Source of the DNA: Carpediemonas membranifera BICM
Lineage: Eukaryota > Protista > Fornicata
Reading direction: 5' to 3'
DNA: 64,000 nucleotides
Assembly: GCA_019828565.1 (NCBI GenBank)
Contig: JAHDYR010000009.1
Span: 62,001 to 126,000 of the forward strand
Shown here: one piece after another, positions 12,586 through 23,991 of the stretch
Layout: each line of letters starts with the position of its first letter
How positions within the stretch are numbered: position 1 is the first letter of the stretch
Position numbers and translations under genes: made by a program
Notes under the pieces: generated by a model
What the model was told of the DNA's origin: nothing
What the model saw: only the letters and a program-made list of their open reading frames with translations
The model's database searches: none

Positions 12586-13347
12586 ATGGCCGGTCACCTT
12601 CGCTATGCGTACTACGCAAAGCCAATGCAGACAGAACCCACTGAACACAACCGAGCGAAGAGGAGGACGATTCAAGGAGACATTGACGGTCGTATCCAAG
12701 AACAAGCTTTAATCCAGTCTAATATCGAGCGTGTAACAAGTTTAGCCTCCGAGATGATTGAAATGACGAACGATGCCCGCCATGGCTTTGCTGAGCTCAT
12801 AATTGATCTTGAGCGGACATCAGTGGTAGCTAATGAGCTCGAAAAGGTGGTTACTTCGTGTGATGACATCTTTATAGGTATAGAGGCGGTGGAGCGTGGC
12901 CTCAACCTCCTGTCGTCCTTGAAGGGCAAGAACCAGCTACTCTCTAACGAAGCTGAGTACCTTAGAGTTATTGCAGATCACACGAAGGAGGCTGAAGCCG
13001 AACGGGTCGCGAGCCACGAGACGTGTGAAACGTTGCAAGCGGAGCTTGTTGAGGCTACCGCGAAGATGACAAGATTCCAGCAGGAAGTCGAAGCACGGCG
13101 CAAGAAGGAGAAGATATCGGGGAAGGTCTCTCTCGCAGACCGTCTCGAAGTTGCCGCCACCAGGCTCCCACGTGTCCCCAAAATGGGAGGCAGTAGAGCC
13201 AAGGCAAAGACTAAGGGCCAGGACGCTGATCTGTTGGACGTGATGCTGCCGTCATCGTCATCATCGAAGAAGAGTTCCAGCATGACTGCGGATGCCGAGT
13301 TCGCGGCGCTGGAGAACTTGCTTCTCAGCGAGATGAAGCGGAGCTAA
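12586..13347 (+). CDS. Coiled-coil protein, possibly dysbindin/BLOC-1-like
   Basis: Helical ORF from the first plausible ATG; weak visual similarity to the dysbindin coiled coil only. Confidence 0.5.
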   Translation: MAGHLRYAYYAKPMQTEPTEHNRAKRRTIQGDIDGRIQEQALIQSNIERVTSLASEMIEMTNDARHGFAELIIDLERTSVVANELEKVVTSCDDIFIGIEAVERGLNLLSSLKGKNQLLSNEAEYLRVIADHTKEAEAERVASHETCETLQAELVEATAKMTRFQQEVEARRKKEKISGKVSLADRLEVAATRLPRVPKMGGSRAKAKTKGQDADLLDVMLPSSSSSKKSSSMTADAEFAALENLLLSEMKRS

Positions 13348-13579
13348 GCGGTTGGGTTGCTAGTTTGAATGATTAGGCTGAGGACGGTGTGGCTGTATCG
13401 TAAAGATCGGGCCGGGAGGGGCGTGTCATCATTTTTCTCCATGAGCGGTTGCACCCCTGATTCGTGTCTGCCAGGGAGAGCGCCCAGCTGTCAGGTGAAT
13501 CTTGCCGATCCATGCTGGCATGGCTCCGCTGCATTCGACTCTGCTCGACTGTGGATGTCAAGATGGGGGTGGTAACAAT

Positions 13580-14422
13580 ATGAGCTTCTTGAGCGCAGCT
13601 GCCTCTCCAAAGCTGTATCAAGCTGATACTCCACCAACAAGAAAAGTACCATCGGCGGCATTTGAGGCTCTTCGGAAGCAAATATCGAGTGGTATCGTCC
13701 TCGTTCAAAAGAATGCCCACAAGCTTCGCCAAACTGCAGAAAGCGCGTCTGATGTTGAAACAGAAGAGCGAATCAGGTCCAATTTAGAGCTTATCAAGAA
13801 GATCAGCGGCCAATTGGAGCATGAGATGCAGCCGATGCTCCGACGTGAAGACGACATGGAGGTCTACAACCTCATGAACATCACATACGAACGCTTGGTG
13901 AAGTCCCTAGACGACACCCTGAAGCGGAACAACAAGTCCATGGAAGTTGCCGCCACCATTGCCCAGAAGAAGCGGGTCCATGCGGCGAGCAGATTACCCG
14001 CAGGGGAGGATGAGCCGGGCTGGAGGGGGATGGCAGACGAGGAGCGCGAACAGCTGTTCGAGGCGGTGGAGGTCGACATCGATCACCACGAGAACATCCT
14101 GCAGGAGTACCGCGCGGGCATCCGTCAGATTGAGAGCGACATCCACGACATCGGCGAGCAAATGATCGACCTTGCCCAGGGAATTGACGAGCAGGGTCAG
14201 CTTATCGACGACCTCGTCGACAACGTGGCCGTGGCCGAGACCCACGTCGACAAGGGCCTCACCGCCCTCGAGAAGGCCAAGCGGCTACAGAAAAAAGCCG
14301 GCAAGAAGGCTCTGATCCTTCTCCTGGTCATGATGTGCTCAATTCTAGTACTCGTCGCAGTCGCCCTGGTGCTACTCTTTATGAGTGGCGGGGGCGCCGT
14401 TCTCATTCACATATTCTACTGA
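13580..14422 (+). CDS. Syntaxin-family Q-SNARE
   Basis: SNARE motif IRQIESDIHDI...IDEQGQLIDDLVDNV plus C-terminal TM helix. Confidence 0.88.
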   Translation: MSFLSAAASPKLYQADTPPTRKVPSAAFEALRKQISSGIVLVQKNAHKLRQTAESASDVETEERIRSNLELIKKISGQLEHEMQPMLRREDDMEVYNLMNITYERLVKSLDDTLKRNNKSMEVAATIAQKKRVHAASRLPAGEDEPGWRGMADEEREQLFEAVEVDIDHHENILQEYRAGIRQIESDIHDIGEQMIDLAQGIDEQGQLIDDLVDNVAVAETHVDKGLTALEKAKRLQKKAGKKALILLLVMMCSILVLVAVALVLLFMSGGGAVLIHIFY

Positions 14423-14573
14423 TCGCACAGGTGCAGCATAAAACCAACGTGGCAGACGATGATGCCATCTTTCTTCATTCATAGGGAGTCGGAAGGACCC
14501 TTAAACCGCGATAAATTTTCTTGTGCAGTTTAACGTTGTTCCACTTCTTCGCGACGCAAACACGCTGAATTCG

Positions 14574-15713
14574 ATGGATGCACTGCTCGAGTTGGTACCA
14601 GCTGTATTACTGTACTACACAATGAAGCGGGGCAGCTTCAGATACTCGGTCTTGCTTCTTCATGCCATTGTTGAGGCCGTGAAGTTCGTCATCCTTGCTG
14701 CATTGATCATGCTGCAGCCAGGACATCGCCGCGCCCGTCTTCTATCAACGTTCCACTGGATGACGCTTGTAGTTCTCATTCCGAGTGCTGTATGCGATGT
14801 TTTTTACTTCTTTGGCTTCATTCTAGTCCTCGAACTCTCTGACCCTCTCGCGAACACCCTCCTTCACCAGTTCTGGTGGCTCTATGTTCTCTTCGCAAAA
14901 CTCCTCATCTCGCATCGCGTCTCAGTCTACGAAGTCATCGGCTCCCTCCTCACCCTTGGAGGGTTCCTCCTGGTCCTCAACTCAGATCCTCATTTTAACA
15001 AGTTCGGTGTCTTCTGGTGGTGTCTTGGCTATCCGTTCTTCACGAACTCGGCCAAGGCGCTCTCCGTTACCTGGAAAGCCTTCTTCCTCGGCGGCAACGT
15101 CGGCCCTGCCACCCGGCCGGCCCCGCTCGTCATTGCTGCCGGATCCGCCATGGTTGGGGCGATTTCTTCAGCTCTGCTGGCCATTGTGTTCGAGCAGAAC
15201 ATGATTCGACACTTTACCCTCGAGGACTTGTCGCTCTTTGTGCCGCTCTACGCTGTCGTCGCTGTCGTGCTCGAGTCGGCCTACATCATACGAGTCGCAT
15301 ACAAGCCGGTAACTGGATGGCCAAGGCATCTCTCAGTCGCAGCAGCCTCGTCACTGGCGCTGCTCATCGCCACCGTGCCCCCCTGGCCGCTCAACGCCAA
15401 TATCTTTATCTCTGCAGCCATCATCTCCGTCGGCTGGTTCCAGCTGAGCACGGCCAACAAGGACGACAAGGACATTCTCGGCCGGTCCCTATCAGAGCCT
15501 GCCAAGCGGATCAAACGGACAGAGTCGGTCGAGTCGGTCCGGCACGGGGACCCAGAGTCCCTGCTGGCCGGCACGCGCGTGACACAGACGGAGGACATCG
15601 ACCTCGACACCATGGGGTCGCCCGGCGTTGTGGTGAAGACACCGCGGCTGTCAGTAAGCCTGGTGCCTGTTGACGATGACGCACTCAGTGATATTGGAGA
15701 TAAGGTGACTTGA
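14574..15713 (+). CDS. Multi-pass membrane protein, nucleotide-sugar transporter/DMT-like
   Basis: About 9-10 hydrophobic helices with a hydrophilic tail. Confidence 0.6.
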   Translation: MDALLELVPAVLLYYTMKRGSFRYSVLLLHAIVEAVKFVILAALIMLQPGHRRARLLSTFHWMTLVVLIPSAVCDVFYFFGFILVLELSDPLANTLLHQFWWLYVLFAKLLISHRVSVYEVIGSLLTLGGFLLVLNSDPHFNKFGVFWWCLGYPFFTNSAKALSVTWKAFFLGGNVGPATRPAPLVIAAGSAMVGAISSALLAIVFEQNMIRHFTLEDLSLFVPLYAVVAVVLESAYIIRVAYKPVTGWPRHLSVAAASSLALLIATVPPWPLNANIFISAAIISVGWFQLSTANKDDKDILGRSLSEPAKRIKRTESVESVRHGDPESLLAGTRVTQTEDIDLDTMGSPGVVVKTPRLSVSLVPVDDDALSDIGDKVT

Positions 15714-15833
15714 GTGGAGCGGGTTTGGCAGATATACTATTGGGCTTATGTTGCAACGATAAATACCCGGTTAAGGAACAGCTTGCTGTGTCGCGGGACT
15801 CGGGGGGTTTCAGTCTGTCTGATCGCGCTTCAG

Positions 15834-15923
15834 GAATGATTGAGAGGGTAGCAACGGAAGAAAGAGGGTTTACGAGTGATGAGCAGGCTCGTCAAAGCAA
15901 CAGTATTGCTGTTTTGACTGAAG
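15834..15923. repeat. Dispersed 90-bp repeat, copy 1 (copy 2 at 19328-19417)
   Basis: Near-identical intergenic sequence GAATGATTGAG...TTTTGACTGAAG. Confidence 0.85.
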
Positions 15924-16143
15924 AAAAGAAAATTCAGGGGTTGCAGGGTGGGGTCGAGGGGGGCACGCGGAGCGTCAGGGTTGGGTTGGAAGTGACGGCG
16001 GACAATCTTCTTGGTTGCAGTCAGGATGCGGGACGGCATAACCAACGGTATCACCACCTGTGTGTGACTCTAATGTGGTGTTTCATTTTTTTCGGGAAAA
16101 AAGTGAAAACGCCTTCAAAGCTCATCATCAGTGCCCCAAAGCG

Positions 16144-16502
16144 ATGAACGACAACGTTGACGTTATCGAGCCGATTGATTCCGTAGAAATTGTCTGTTTA
16201 ACATCTCCTTGCTCTCTTACAGCAAGGGGAACACCAGCTTTCTTACATAGCCTCTTGAGGAGCGCCAAACGACTCCCTATCTCACAAAATACGAACGCGC
16301 TCGTATTCTTGGTGCCCGTGCTCTTCAACTTTCCATGAACGCCCCTGCGATGATCAATGTGAAGCCCGGTGTCACCGACCCCCTCGAGATTGCCGAGATG
16401 GAGCTTGCTGCCAAGCCCCCGAAGATCCCCATGATCATTCGGAGATACCTGCCCGATCGGTCGTATGAGGACTGGAAGCTCAGCGAGTTGAACATTGATT
16501 GA
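16144..16502 (+). CDS. RPB6: RNA polymerase I/II/III subunit RPB6; exons 16144-16191 and 16251-16502 (missed by the ORF track)
   Basis: Splicing GTCTGT..CTTACATAG gives VEI|[32 protein letters not shown]...[14 protein letters not shown]. Confidence 0.92.
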
Positions 16503-16608
16503 GCAGCGATACTAGAATATAATGCGATAAACTTGGCTGATTTAAGTACAACAAGCAGCAGGCAGAGTGGAGAGAGTGATCAATCGGCCCCTGTCTACGA
16601 AGGCGACT

Positions 16609-17440
16609 ATGCTGCGCAATTCTGACAAAATGTTCCATCGATGGCTCATCGACTCCTCCAGGCCTCAGACGGACAATTCGACATCAAGTCTAGAATCATT
16701 TAGTCGTACAATCGCGAATGTAACCGCGTTTTCCCGCCAAGGACCGCGTCCCATTCAGTTTTGCTTGCTTTCACACCTTAAAGGACCTAGCGGCCCTGGC
16801 GGCGGGAATATCGAGACATCTCTGAACTCCCTTGTATCCTTTAACGCCATCCGCGTTATTGAATACCCTGAAGAGCACCTATCCGTCGTGATGACGACCG
16901 ACCACGTCCGTCATGTCGCCCCTTTTCACACAGTACGTTCAACTCGCCAAGCAGCAGGCTACGCAGGCCTACCGCGACATAGCTGCAGGCACAACATCTA
17001 TCCAGAAGTCCGACGTGGCCAGTGTATTCGCCCAATTCGAGCACCTGCTGCTACCCATGACGGCCGTCTCCACCATCCCTGCCTCATACGCCGAGAAGCT
17101 GTTCACCTCAGGTAGTGCACCCCGTATCCTGGGCGAGTATGGCCTGATGCACGGCGGGACGATGCAAGACCGGGGCCTGGTCTACCGACTCACAATACCG
17201 GGCTTCAAAACCCTCAAGGAACAGATTATCGCCGGTAGGAAGGCTCTGTTCGAGAGGCTGAAGAAGGCAGGCATGGAGGGAGATAGCTCGGTGCTGAGGA
17301 GCAACGCGAAGCCTCTCAAGGGAAGTTCATTCGACCCTTCGTTCCACGTATTGGACCTTGTGGGGGACGGGGTGGCTATGGTCACTGCCATCGGAGGGCG
17401 TCCGACGCTGAGGTTGGTCAACCCTCTGTTTGATGTTTGA
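16609..17440 (+). CDS. STK19: STK19-like winged-helix protein; intron 16906-16933
   Basis: 28-nt intron GTCCGT..CACACAG joins two ORFs in frame; C-terminus IPG...GRKAL...FHVLDLVG...TLRL resembles STK19. Confidence 0.65.
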
Positions 17441-17629
17441 TCGGAACAGCTCGCACTTTTAAAGCAGCCCGAATGATCTTTTAATTCGAAATTAGAGCAA
17501 TCGCATGGACTCTTGTGGTTATGCAGGCAACATTTGGCACCGGCTAGCGCTGGATTAGTCTCAACCCGTTGATGTCGTCATTTTACATAAACTGCACTAT
17601 TCCCACAAACCTGACGAATTCTGACAAAT

Positions 17630-18013
17630 ATGGCGTCGCCAACAGCTACTGATGCCCAATATGTGCAAGAAACTGTAGGGCCTATTCTTGCTAAGGCTAT
17701 TGCCGAAGCTGCGATGCTTAAGCCCGAAAACCCCATCAATTTTGTTGGAAAATATCTTCTCGATGATATTGACAAGAAGAAGGCTGAAGAGGAAGTATGT
17801 CCACGCATTTGTTCACTCACTTAGTTCAGGCTGACGATTGAGCGCGCCAAGGAGCACCAGGTTGCTTGGAAGGAGGCCATGGAGGCCCAGGCCAAGCGGG
17901 AGAAGGAGGAGGAGGAGCGCAGAGTCGCCCGCGTGGCACTTGAGGCCGCTCAGCGTGAGAAAGAGGCCGAGGCCCGCGCACAAGCAGAGGCAGCGCAGGA
18001 GGAGGAGGATTGA
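17630..18013 (+). CDS. Dpy-30-motif protein (DYDC-like) with charged coiled-coil tail; intron 17795-17824
   Basis: YVQETVGPILAKAIAEAAMLKPENPINFVGKYL; 30-nt intron GTATGT..CACTTAG. Confidence 0.8.
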
Positions 18014-18175
18014 TGTTCATATGATAAACGACGCCCTGCTATCCGCTCGGGCAGGGTCACCATCTCCTGCTCATCGTTGACTCCCATGGAATAGCACAAA
18101 TAAATCGGCCCATCGCTAAAAACTGCATCTGTTCTGTGTTCGAACGAGCAACTCAGCTCAGATAGGCTCTTTTCG

Positions 18176-19239
18176 ATGCAGGCGAAGCTTAGAAAGTTAG
18201 TTAGCAAGAAGAAACGTCGCTTAGTGATCGATGGCTTCGATCTCGACATGGCCTACGTGACGCCCAACATTGTTGCCATGGGTTTCCCCAGTACCGGCCG
18301 CGAGGCCATATTTCGCAACCCTCTGAGCCATTTGAAGGGCTATCTGGATAGTAAGCACGGCTCGCACTACAAGGTATACAACCTGTGCTCCGAGGCCTCA
18401 CGTCAGTACCCCGCCACCGTTTTCGACGGACGTGTCGCCTACTTCCCATTCGACGACCACAACGCGCCGCCCTTCTTCATGATTGAGGACTGCGTCAAGG
18501 ACATGCACGCATGGCTTCAGAAAGACCCTGAGAACGTCTGCTGTGTTCAGTATGTTTCCCCTCCCCTCTCACACACAGTTGCAAGGCCGGCAAAGGCCGC
18601 ACGGGCGTCATGATCTGCGCGTACATGCTCTACTCCGGCTACTGGACCAAGGCCGTTGATTCACTCAAATTCTACGGCGCCGCCCGTACCAAGAACCAGA
18701 AGGGCGTGACGATCCCCTCCCAGACCCGCTACATCCACTACTTCGAGCGGTATCTCACACGCAGCACTGCCCCGTCCCTGCTGGCCCTGCGGCTGAAGTC
18801 GGTGAGCCTCACTGGTCTCCCAAAGAAGTACAGCAAGTTCTCCATCGTCATTCTCGTCAACACATTCGAAGTCTACAGATCCCCGATGACTGTCGCCCCC
18901 AAGGCGGGTCAGCCCCGCGAGGTCCCGCTGTCTGGAAAGGAGATCATGCTTTGCGGCGACGCCAAGTTCGTAATCTACGGCCAACACGGGTGGCGCGGCA
19001 AGAAGAAGGTGTGTGCCACAGCATGGGTCCACACTGCGTTTGTTCGAGGCGGGGCAGTAACCCTGACCAAGCCCGAGATCGACAAGGCGTGCAAGGACAA
19101 GAAGCACAAGAAGTGGCCAGAGGACACGAAGCTGTGCCTCTACTTCGACACCGCCGGGTCTGGGGCTGGCACTGGACTGGGGCGTGGCGGGTCTCTGCTG
19201 TCCCTGGGCCCAAGGCTGGTCCCGCCGCTCGCAGTGTAG
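18176..19239 (+). CDS. PTEN: PTEN phosphatase with C2 domain; intron 18550-18578
   Basis: VSKKKRR...FDLDM, FDDHNAP; removing the 29-nt intron restores the catalytic HCKAGKGRTG. Confidence 0.93.
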
Positions 19240-19327
19240 AAGGGCTGTCTGATTAGATCATTTAAAGTTGAAGTCACTTGGCTATAGGCATATGGAGAGG
19301 TAACGCATATTCTGGCATCAAGATGAC

Positions 19328-19417
19328 GAATGATTGAGGGGCTAGCAACGGAAGGAAGAGGGTTTACGAGTGATGAGCAGGCTCATCAAAGCAACAGTAT
19401 TGCTGTTTTGACTGAAG
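19328..19417. repeat. Dispersed 90-bp repeat, copy 2
   Basis: Matches 15834-15923; 19396-19413 is also repeated in inverted form at 19464-19481. Confidence 0.85.
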
Positions 19418-19519
19418 CGTGTGCATGTTTGATCATTTCATTTATCAGAATTGGCCGCTCTTTAGTCAAAACAGCAATACTATGCCCTATGAAACATGTG
19501 GATTAACCACAACGCCATT

Positions 19520-20731
19520 GTGCCCTCGTAAGCTCCCTCCCTGCCGTTGCATGTTCCATGATCACTCGAGCCTGCCCCCTGACAGCTCCATGAGGACCTG
19601 ATGCACATCGAGCACCGGCTGGGCAACCTCATTGAGTCGTCGGTAGTCTACGCATAGCCTCCACAACATGTCTTTCTTGCGCAGCAGCACGATGGGTGAG
19701 GCGAAGTGCAGCCGAGATCGTCGGATGAACCCGGCCCGTAGCCGCTCCTCGACTCGCCGATTTGCGACGTTCGCCAAGCACCCTGCCCATACGACGTAAT
19801 GTTGAGCCCGCGTCGCGGACCCTGACTAGACCACGGTCCTCGGGATGAAGGTGGCCCTGAGCGAGATCTCACTCCGGTACTCCTTGACATTAGCCAGGAT
19901 GGCTGCGTACTCGGCCATGCTTTCTGCTAGTCTGAGGCATCCCCAGCCGTCTTGGTGGGCCGTCCGGGTCTTGTCTCGGTCACCAAGTGAAAACGTCTGA
20001 AACGTCTCACCTGGTCTCTTCGGGTGGCAGACCCTTCACGCCTTAAATCCTCTCAGAGGGTTGTGTCAAGCCAGCCGGCGTCTGGCCGGCTGACCTGTGG
20101 TGGGTGAAGGGGAGAGTTGGCTGAGTCACCACGGGCTTCATGCTCGGTCTCTGACTCAGCTCTCTCCCCTTCCCCACCGTCCACTCCAGCCAGAGCAAGG
20201 AACTCTGACACGGCAGTGTCGTCGATGTTCTACGCCTCTGGCTGGGTGGGGGCCTCAGTCTGGGCGGGGGTCGGGCTCGAGGGCCTGTCACCCTGCTGTT
20301 GACGCACCGTTCGGCCAGCGGCTACGCGACACGCGTATGCTTCTGCCTCGAGGAAGGCAGTGCGGTCTCGCGCAGGGCTTGCTGGGCGGGCCTCCTCAAC
20401 GCGGCTGATCAGATGGGCGAAGGACTGGCGCCTGGTCTTCACACAACGAGATGCAATCTCAGTCGGGCGGATCGGGCGAGGGTACTCCTTCATGAGTCGT
20501 GCATCTGTCCGTCTGCCCTTTATCGTGTGTGTTCGGCGACGAAAACAGCGATCATCGCTCCAAGGTGACAGCATGTGACTCAACGGGCATCTCAACGTCA
20601 GCGTCACCCTGGCCCCAGTCTTGTCTCTCGAGGGGAACACGGCGCTGCAGGGGGAGCTCGACGAGGATGATATTGTGACGTTAAGAGTGGCGAGCGTGGA
20701 ATTCATTTAATCAACAGATTATGACTAGTCA
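19520..20731 (-). pseudogene. Decayed Ty3/Gypsy relic (RT fragment; boundaries approximate)
   Basis: 19562-19777 encodes GFIRRSRLHFASPIVLLRKKD..WRLCVDYRRLN; the surrounding frames are broken. Confidence 0.6.
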
Positions 20732-21017
20732 ACGACAACCTCGAGTGACTCGGCGTCGAAGTAAAGGACGAGCTGGGATAGCGACGCGCTGAGAGTGGAG
20801 TGTTGTGGTTGTCACGGGTCGGCTGGCTTTGAGATAACAGATTCTGGATCCTCCGGGAATCTGGAAGTATTCTCCCAACGCAAGAGTCAACATGCCAATT
20901 CCAAGCTCAGGCAAAGCATATGCACCGACTTCTAGTGAAGTGCGGATGGGGGACCGTTGAGCTATTTATGTCTCATATTCTGCACTTTTGTAGTCGCTTT
21001 CGTTCGAAACAGCGATA

Positions 21018-21563
21018 ATGAGAATGAAGAACTGGCATTTGATGCCACTGTTCTTCCTTTTATGCGCTGTTATTGCGATGGCGCCACAGCAAGAAGAGCC
21101 AGTGATTCAGACAGACCATATCGATGAGCTCGCCAAAAGTAATCAACCTCCACGCATTTCGGCCGAAGAGGTGGTCATAATCATAGCTGTGATGTTTATC
21201 ATCACCTTCTTGATCGTGTTGCACACGATGGTGTTCTGCGGGTTGTTGCTGAGCAGCAGGCCTTGCACTCCAGTGCGCCACATCCTGCTCTCGTCCCGAT
21301 TCAAGAGCAGCAAAGGCAGCACCTTGGCCATAGTCCCTCCGGCAGCGGGCCTCTTCGTCTCCTGCCCCAACGCTTTCCTGCCCACGCCCACCGTGGACAT
21401 GGAGCTCTGGGGGGAGGATCCCGAGTCGCCTGTGGAGGCCGAGGCCACCGAAGACGAGGACCTCGAGAAGGGCGCTGAGTGTAGTCAGTACCATTACGAC
21501 ACGGAGAAGTCGGCCATCGCAACAATCCGCCGCTCTCACCACCGCTTCCAGTATCTGAGGTGA
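21018..21563 (+). CDS. Hypothetical single-pass membrane protein
   Basis: Signal-peptide-like N-terminus, one TM helix, acidic tail. Confidence 0.55.
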   Translation: MRMKNWHLMPLFFLLCAVIAMAPQQEEPVIQTDHIDELAKSNQPPRISAEEVVIIIAVMFIITFLIVLHTMVFCGLLLSSRPCTPVRHILLSSRFKSSKGSTLAIVPPAAGLFVSCPNAFLPTPTVDMELWGEDPESPVEAEATEDEDLEKGAECSQYHYDTEKSAIATIRRSHHRFQYLR

Positions 21564-22065
21564 AAGGAGGTACCCCCATGTACATATCATGTATCTATAG
21601 CTATTTTATTGTTCTATCTGACCTGTAAAGTTCCCTGTATCATTGTCACAAAATCCGCCGATCACGGGCAAGGCCGGGCAGTTGACTGGGGCACCAGTGT
21701 CCGGGCGAGCGGCCCAACCCGTCTTGAGACACACACGATGAACCACGTGGAACTCTCCAGCGATTCTGAAAGGAAGTCCAGTTCCGGTCCTGTCCTCGAA
21801 TGATAGGAAGTCGCTGGGCGAATCTTCAGGTGGACCGGCCCTGGACCGTCACCACCCAAGCCAGCAACATCAACGACCTCGCGTGGTTGCTCAGCGATAT
21901 CTTCACCGCTCTCCCTTTATCTGACCTCAGTTAAGCTTGGCAGTTTATAAATGTTGCGTATAAACACATTGTTTGACCCTTCAATAGCACAATAAATGTG
22001 CTGCGCAGGATTAGAATTGTTGAGAGCCACCACAATAAAAAGTTCCTTATCCTGCGTAATACCAA

Positions 22066-22902
22066 ATGAAGAATCCGTTTCGCAACTTAGTGACGAAAGG
22101 AAACATTGCAAACGGTATTTCCTTTCTAGTACTTGTTATTGGGCTAATTTTGAAGTTCGTACCCTGGGTGCGGCATTGGTTCATCGTCACACTCATATTC
22201 AACGCTGGGTTGTTTGGATTTAGCGGCGGCGTCACAAACAGTATTGCTATTAAGATGCTGTTCGATCGTGTGCCGTTTTTGATCGGATCGGGCATCATCC
22301 CCCGCAAATTCAAGCTGATCCGCACGACGATCCGAAACGTCATCATCAACACATTCTTCGACACCAAGTTCTTGGCCGACTACGTGCGCCGCCAGTCTGG
22401 AATCATGCTTGAGGCCATCGATATCGAGGCCAAGATCTCTGCGCTCATCAACTCCCGCCGTTTCGACTCGCTTCTCGATTCGATGATCGCGGCGCTGTCC
22501 TCCAGGTCCGAGGGCATGGTGCTCGAGATGGTGGCGGGTGGGGCATGGGAAGAGAAGTTCAAGAGGGAGCTCAAGCCCCTCATTGTCGGGATGACGGCCG
22601 AGTTCACGCCCATGCTCGTCAACGCCGTCGACCCGGTCAAGCTGATCAGCGAGGACGTAATCAAGACCCAACTCGAGAAGCTCATGGACACGAAGCTGCA
22701 GGAGCTGACTCCGACGACTGTGAAACATCTTGTGGAAGACATGATCAGGTCACACCTCGGGATGCTGGTCATCTGGGGAAACGTGTTTGGTACCCTGTTT
22801 GGCGTGCTTGCTATGATTATCGTCTATGTGCTCGAGTGGGCAGGTGACTGGATCGAGTACTGGCAGCGGAAAGCCATCTTATCGGGAATAAACGCCTTCT
22901 AG
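22066..22902 (+). CDS. DUF445-family membrane protein
   Basis: GGVTNSIAIKMLF...GIIP motif; C-terminal HLGMLVIWGNVFG. Confidence 0.8.
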   Translation: MKNPFRNLVTKGNIANGISFLVLVIGLILKFVPWVRHWFIVTLIFNAGLFGFSGGVTNSIAIKMLFDRVPFLIGSGIIPRKFKLIRTTIRNVIINTFFDTKFLADYVRRQSGIMLEAIDIEAKISALINSRRFDSLLDSMIAALSSRSEGMVLEMVAGGAWEEKFKRELKPLIVGMTAEFTPMLVNAVDPVKLISEDVIKTQLEKLMDTKLQELTPTTVKHLVEDMIRSHLGMLVIWGNVFGTLFGVLAMIIVYVLEWAGDWIEYWQRKAILSGINAF

Positions 22903-23991
22903 ATTGACATCCCCATGGTTCTGTGTTGCCTCGCTCAGTGATGCAGCTCTTTGAGCTCGCAGCAGACGTGTCTGGCCGGCTGCACCTCTGCCTGTGCCTT
23001 CCCCGGTGTCTGGGTGTCAGTACTTTTTTTTTTCTCCAGTGTCCAGACCTTGGCTCCCAGGCGGATGGCTTCTCCCTCGGACATGAAGGTGGCGCAGTCG
23101 GCCCCGGAGTCGGGGTTTACCTGAGTGTCATCGAAAGAAGATTAGTTTGGCTTATTTGCTTCCTGAGTAAAAACCCGCCTGATCATGTCACGGATTGGTT
23201 CATACGAAGCTGTGTTGAAGGCGTTGGTGAAGTCGGCCAAGTGGGATGAACCTTCTCCACTTCCCTCCCATATGCATTCTGGACTCGGTCGTCAATCTGA
23301 TACCATGGCAGATGCAGTCATCACAGTCGCACTCACGGTCGGGCAGAGCACTGAGACGTAACGCGACTATCATCAGCCATGCCAGCAACAGCTGCTCAGA
23401 ACTATTGCTCCCGTGTAAGAAAGCGTCTTCTGGCGCAGCTCTGGGAATATCTTCCTCGGCGTAATGTCGTAGCGACGCAATCAGTCGACAAGACAATTCG
23501 ACCGTTCCCTGTCCGCATTGAACTCCCGGCGGTTGACCTGTTTCTATAAGAGCAGCCGATCAAGGAAGATGCGGCAGGCCAGCCAGACGCGGTCTGCGTG
23601 GGTAAGGCTCTCAATGTACTCGATGTCAGCTGGGTAACATTGGCCTTCATCCCAGAGCCATGATAAATTGAGCAAGTCATGTCAGGCCGGTGACCCTCGA
23701 AGGGAAGACTCAACACCCTCCCTGAGAACTCTGACCCGCAGGGTGTTGCCACCGTCGTTGCGACGCAGCCCACCAGGGTGTGCACACCCTTCCTGGGGGC
23801 ATTGCTGTCATACGCCCGCAAGAAAGTCGCAACCTGCGCGGTCTTGAGGCTGGTCTGCTCGACTCCCACCGGATCCCGGGTCTCTATGAGCTTCTGTACC
23901 GCATCAATGACCTGTTTATATGTCCCCATGTAACTCGTAACTGGCCAAACTTCGGCGAGAAACTCGTCGAACGGAAGAGCGAAACCTCTGG

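Noticed and set aside
22920-23960. Possible minus-strand gene or pseudogene
   Set aside because: Frames are broken by stops and shifts and no family is recognisable.
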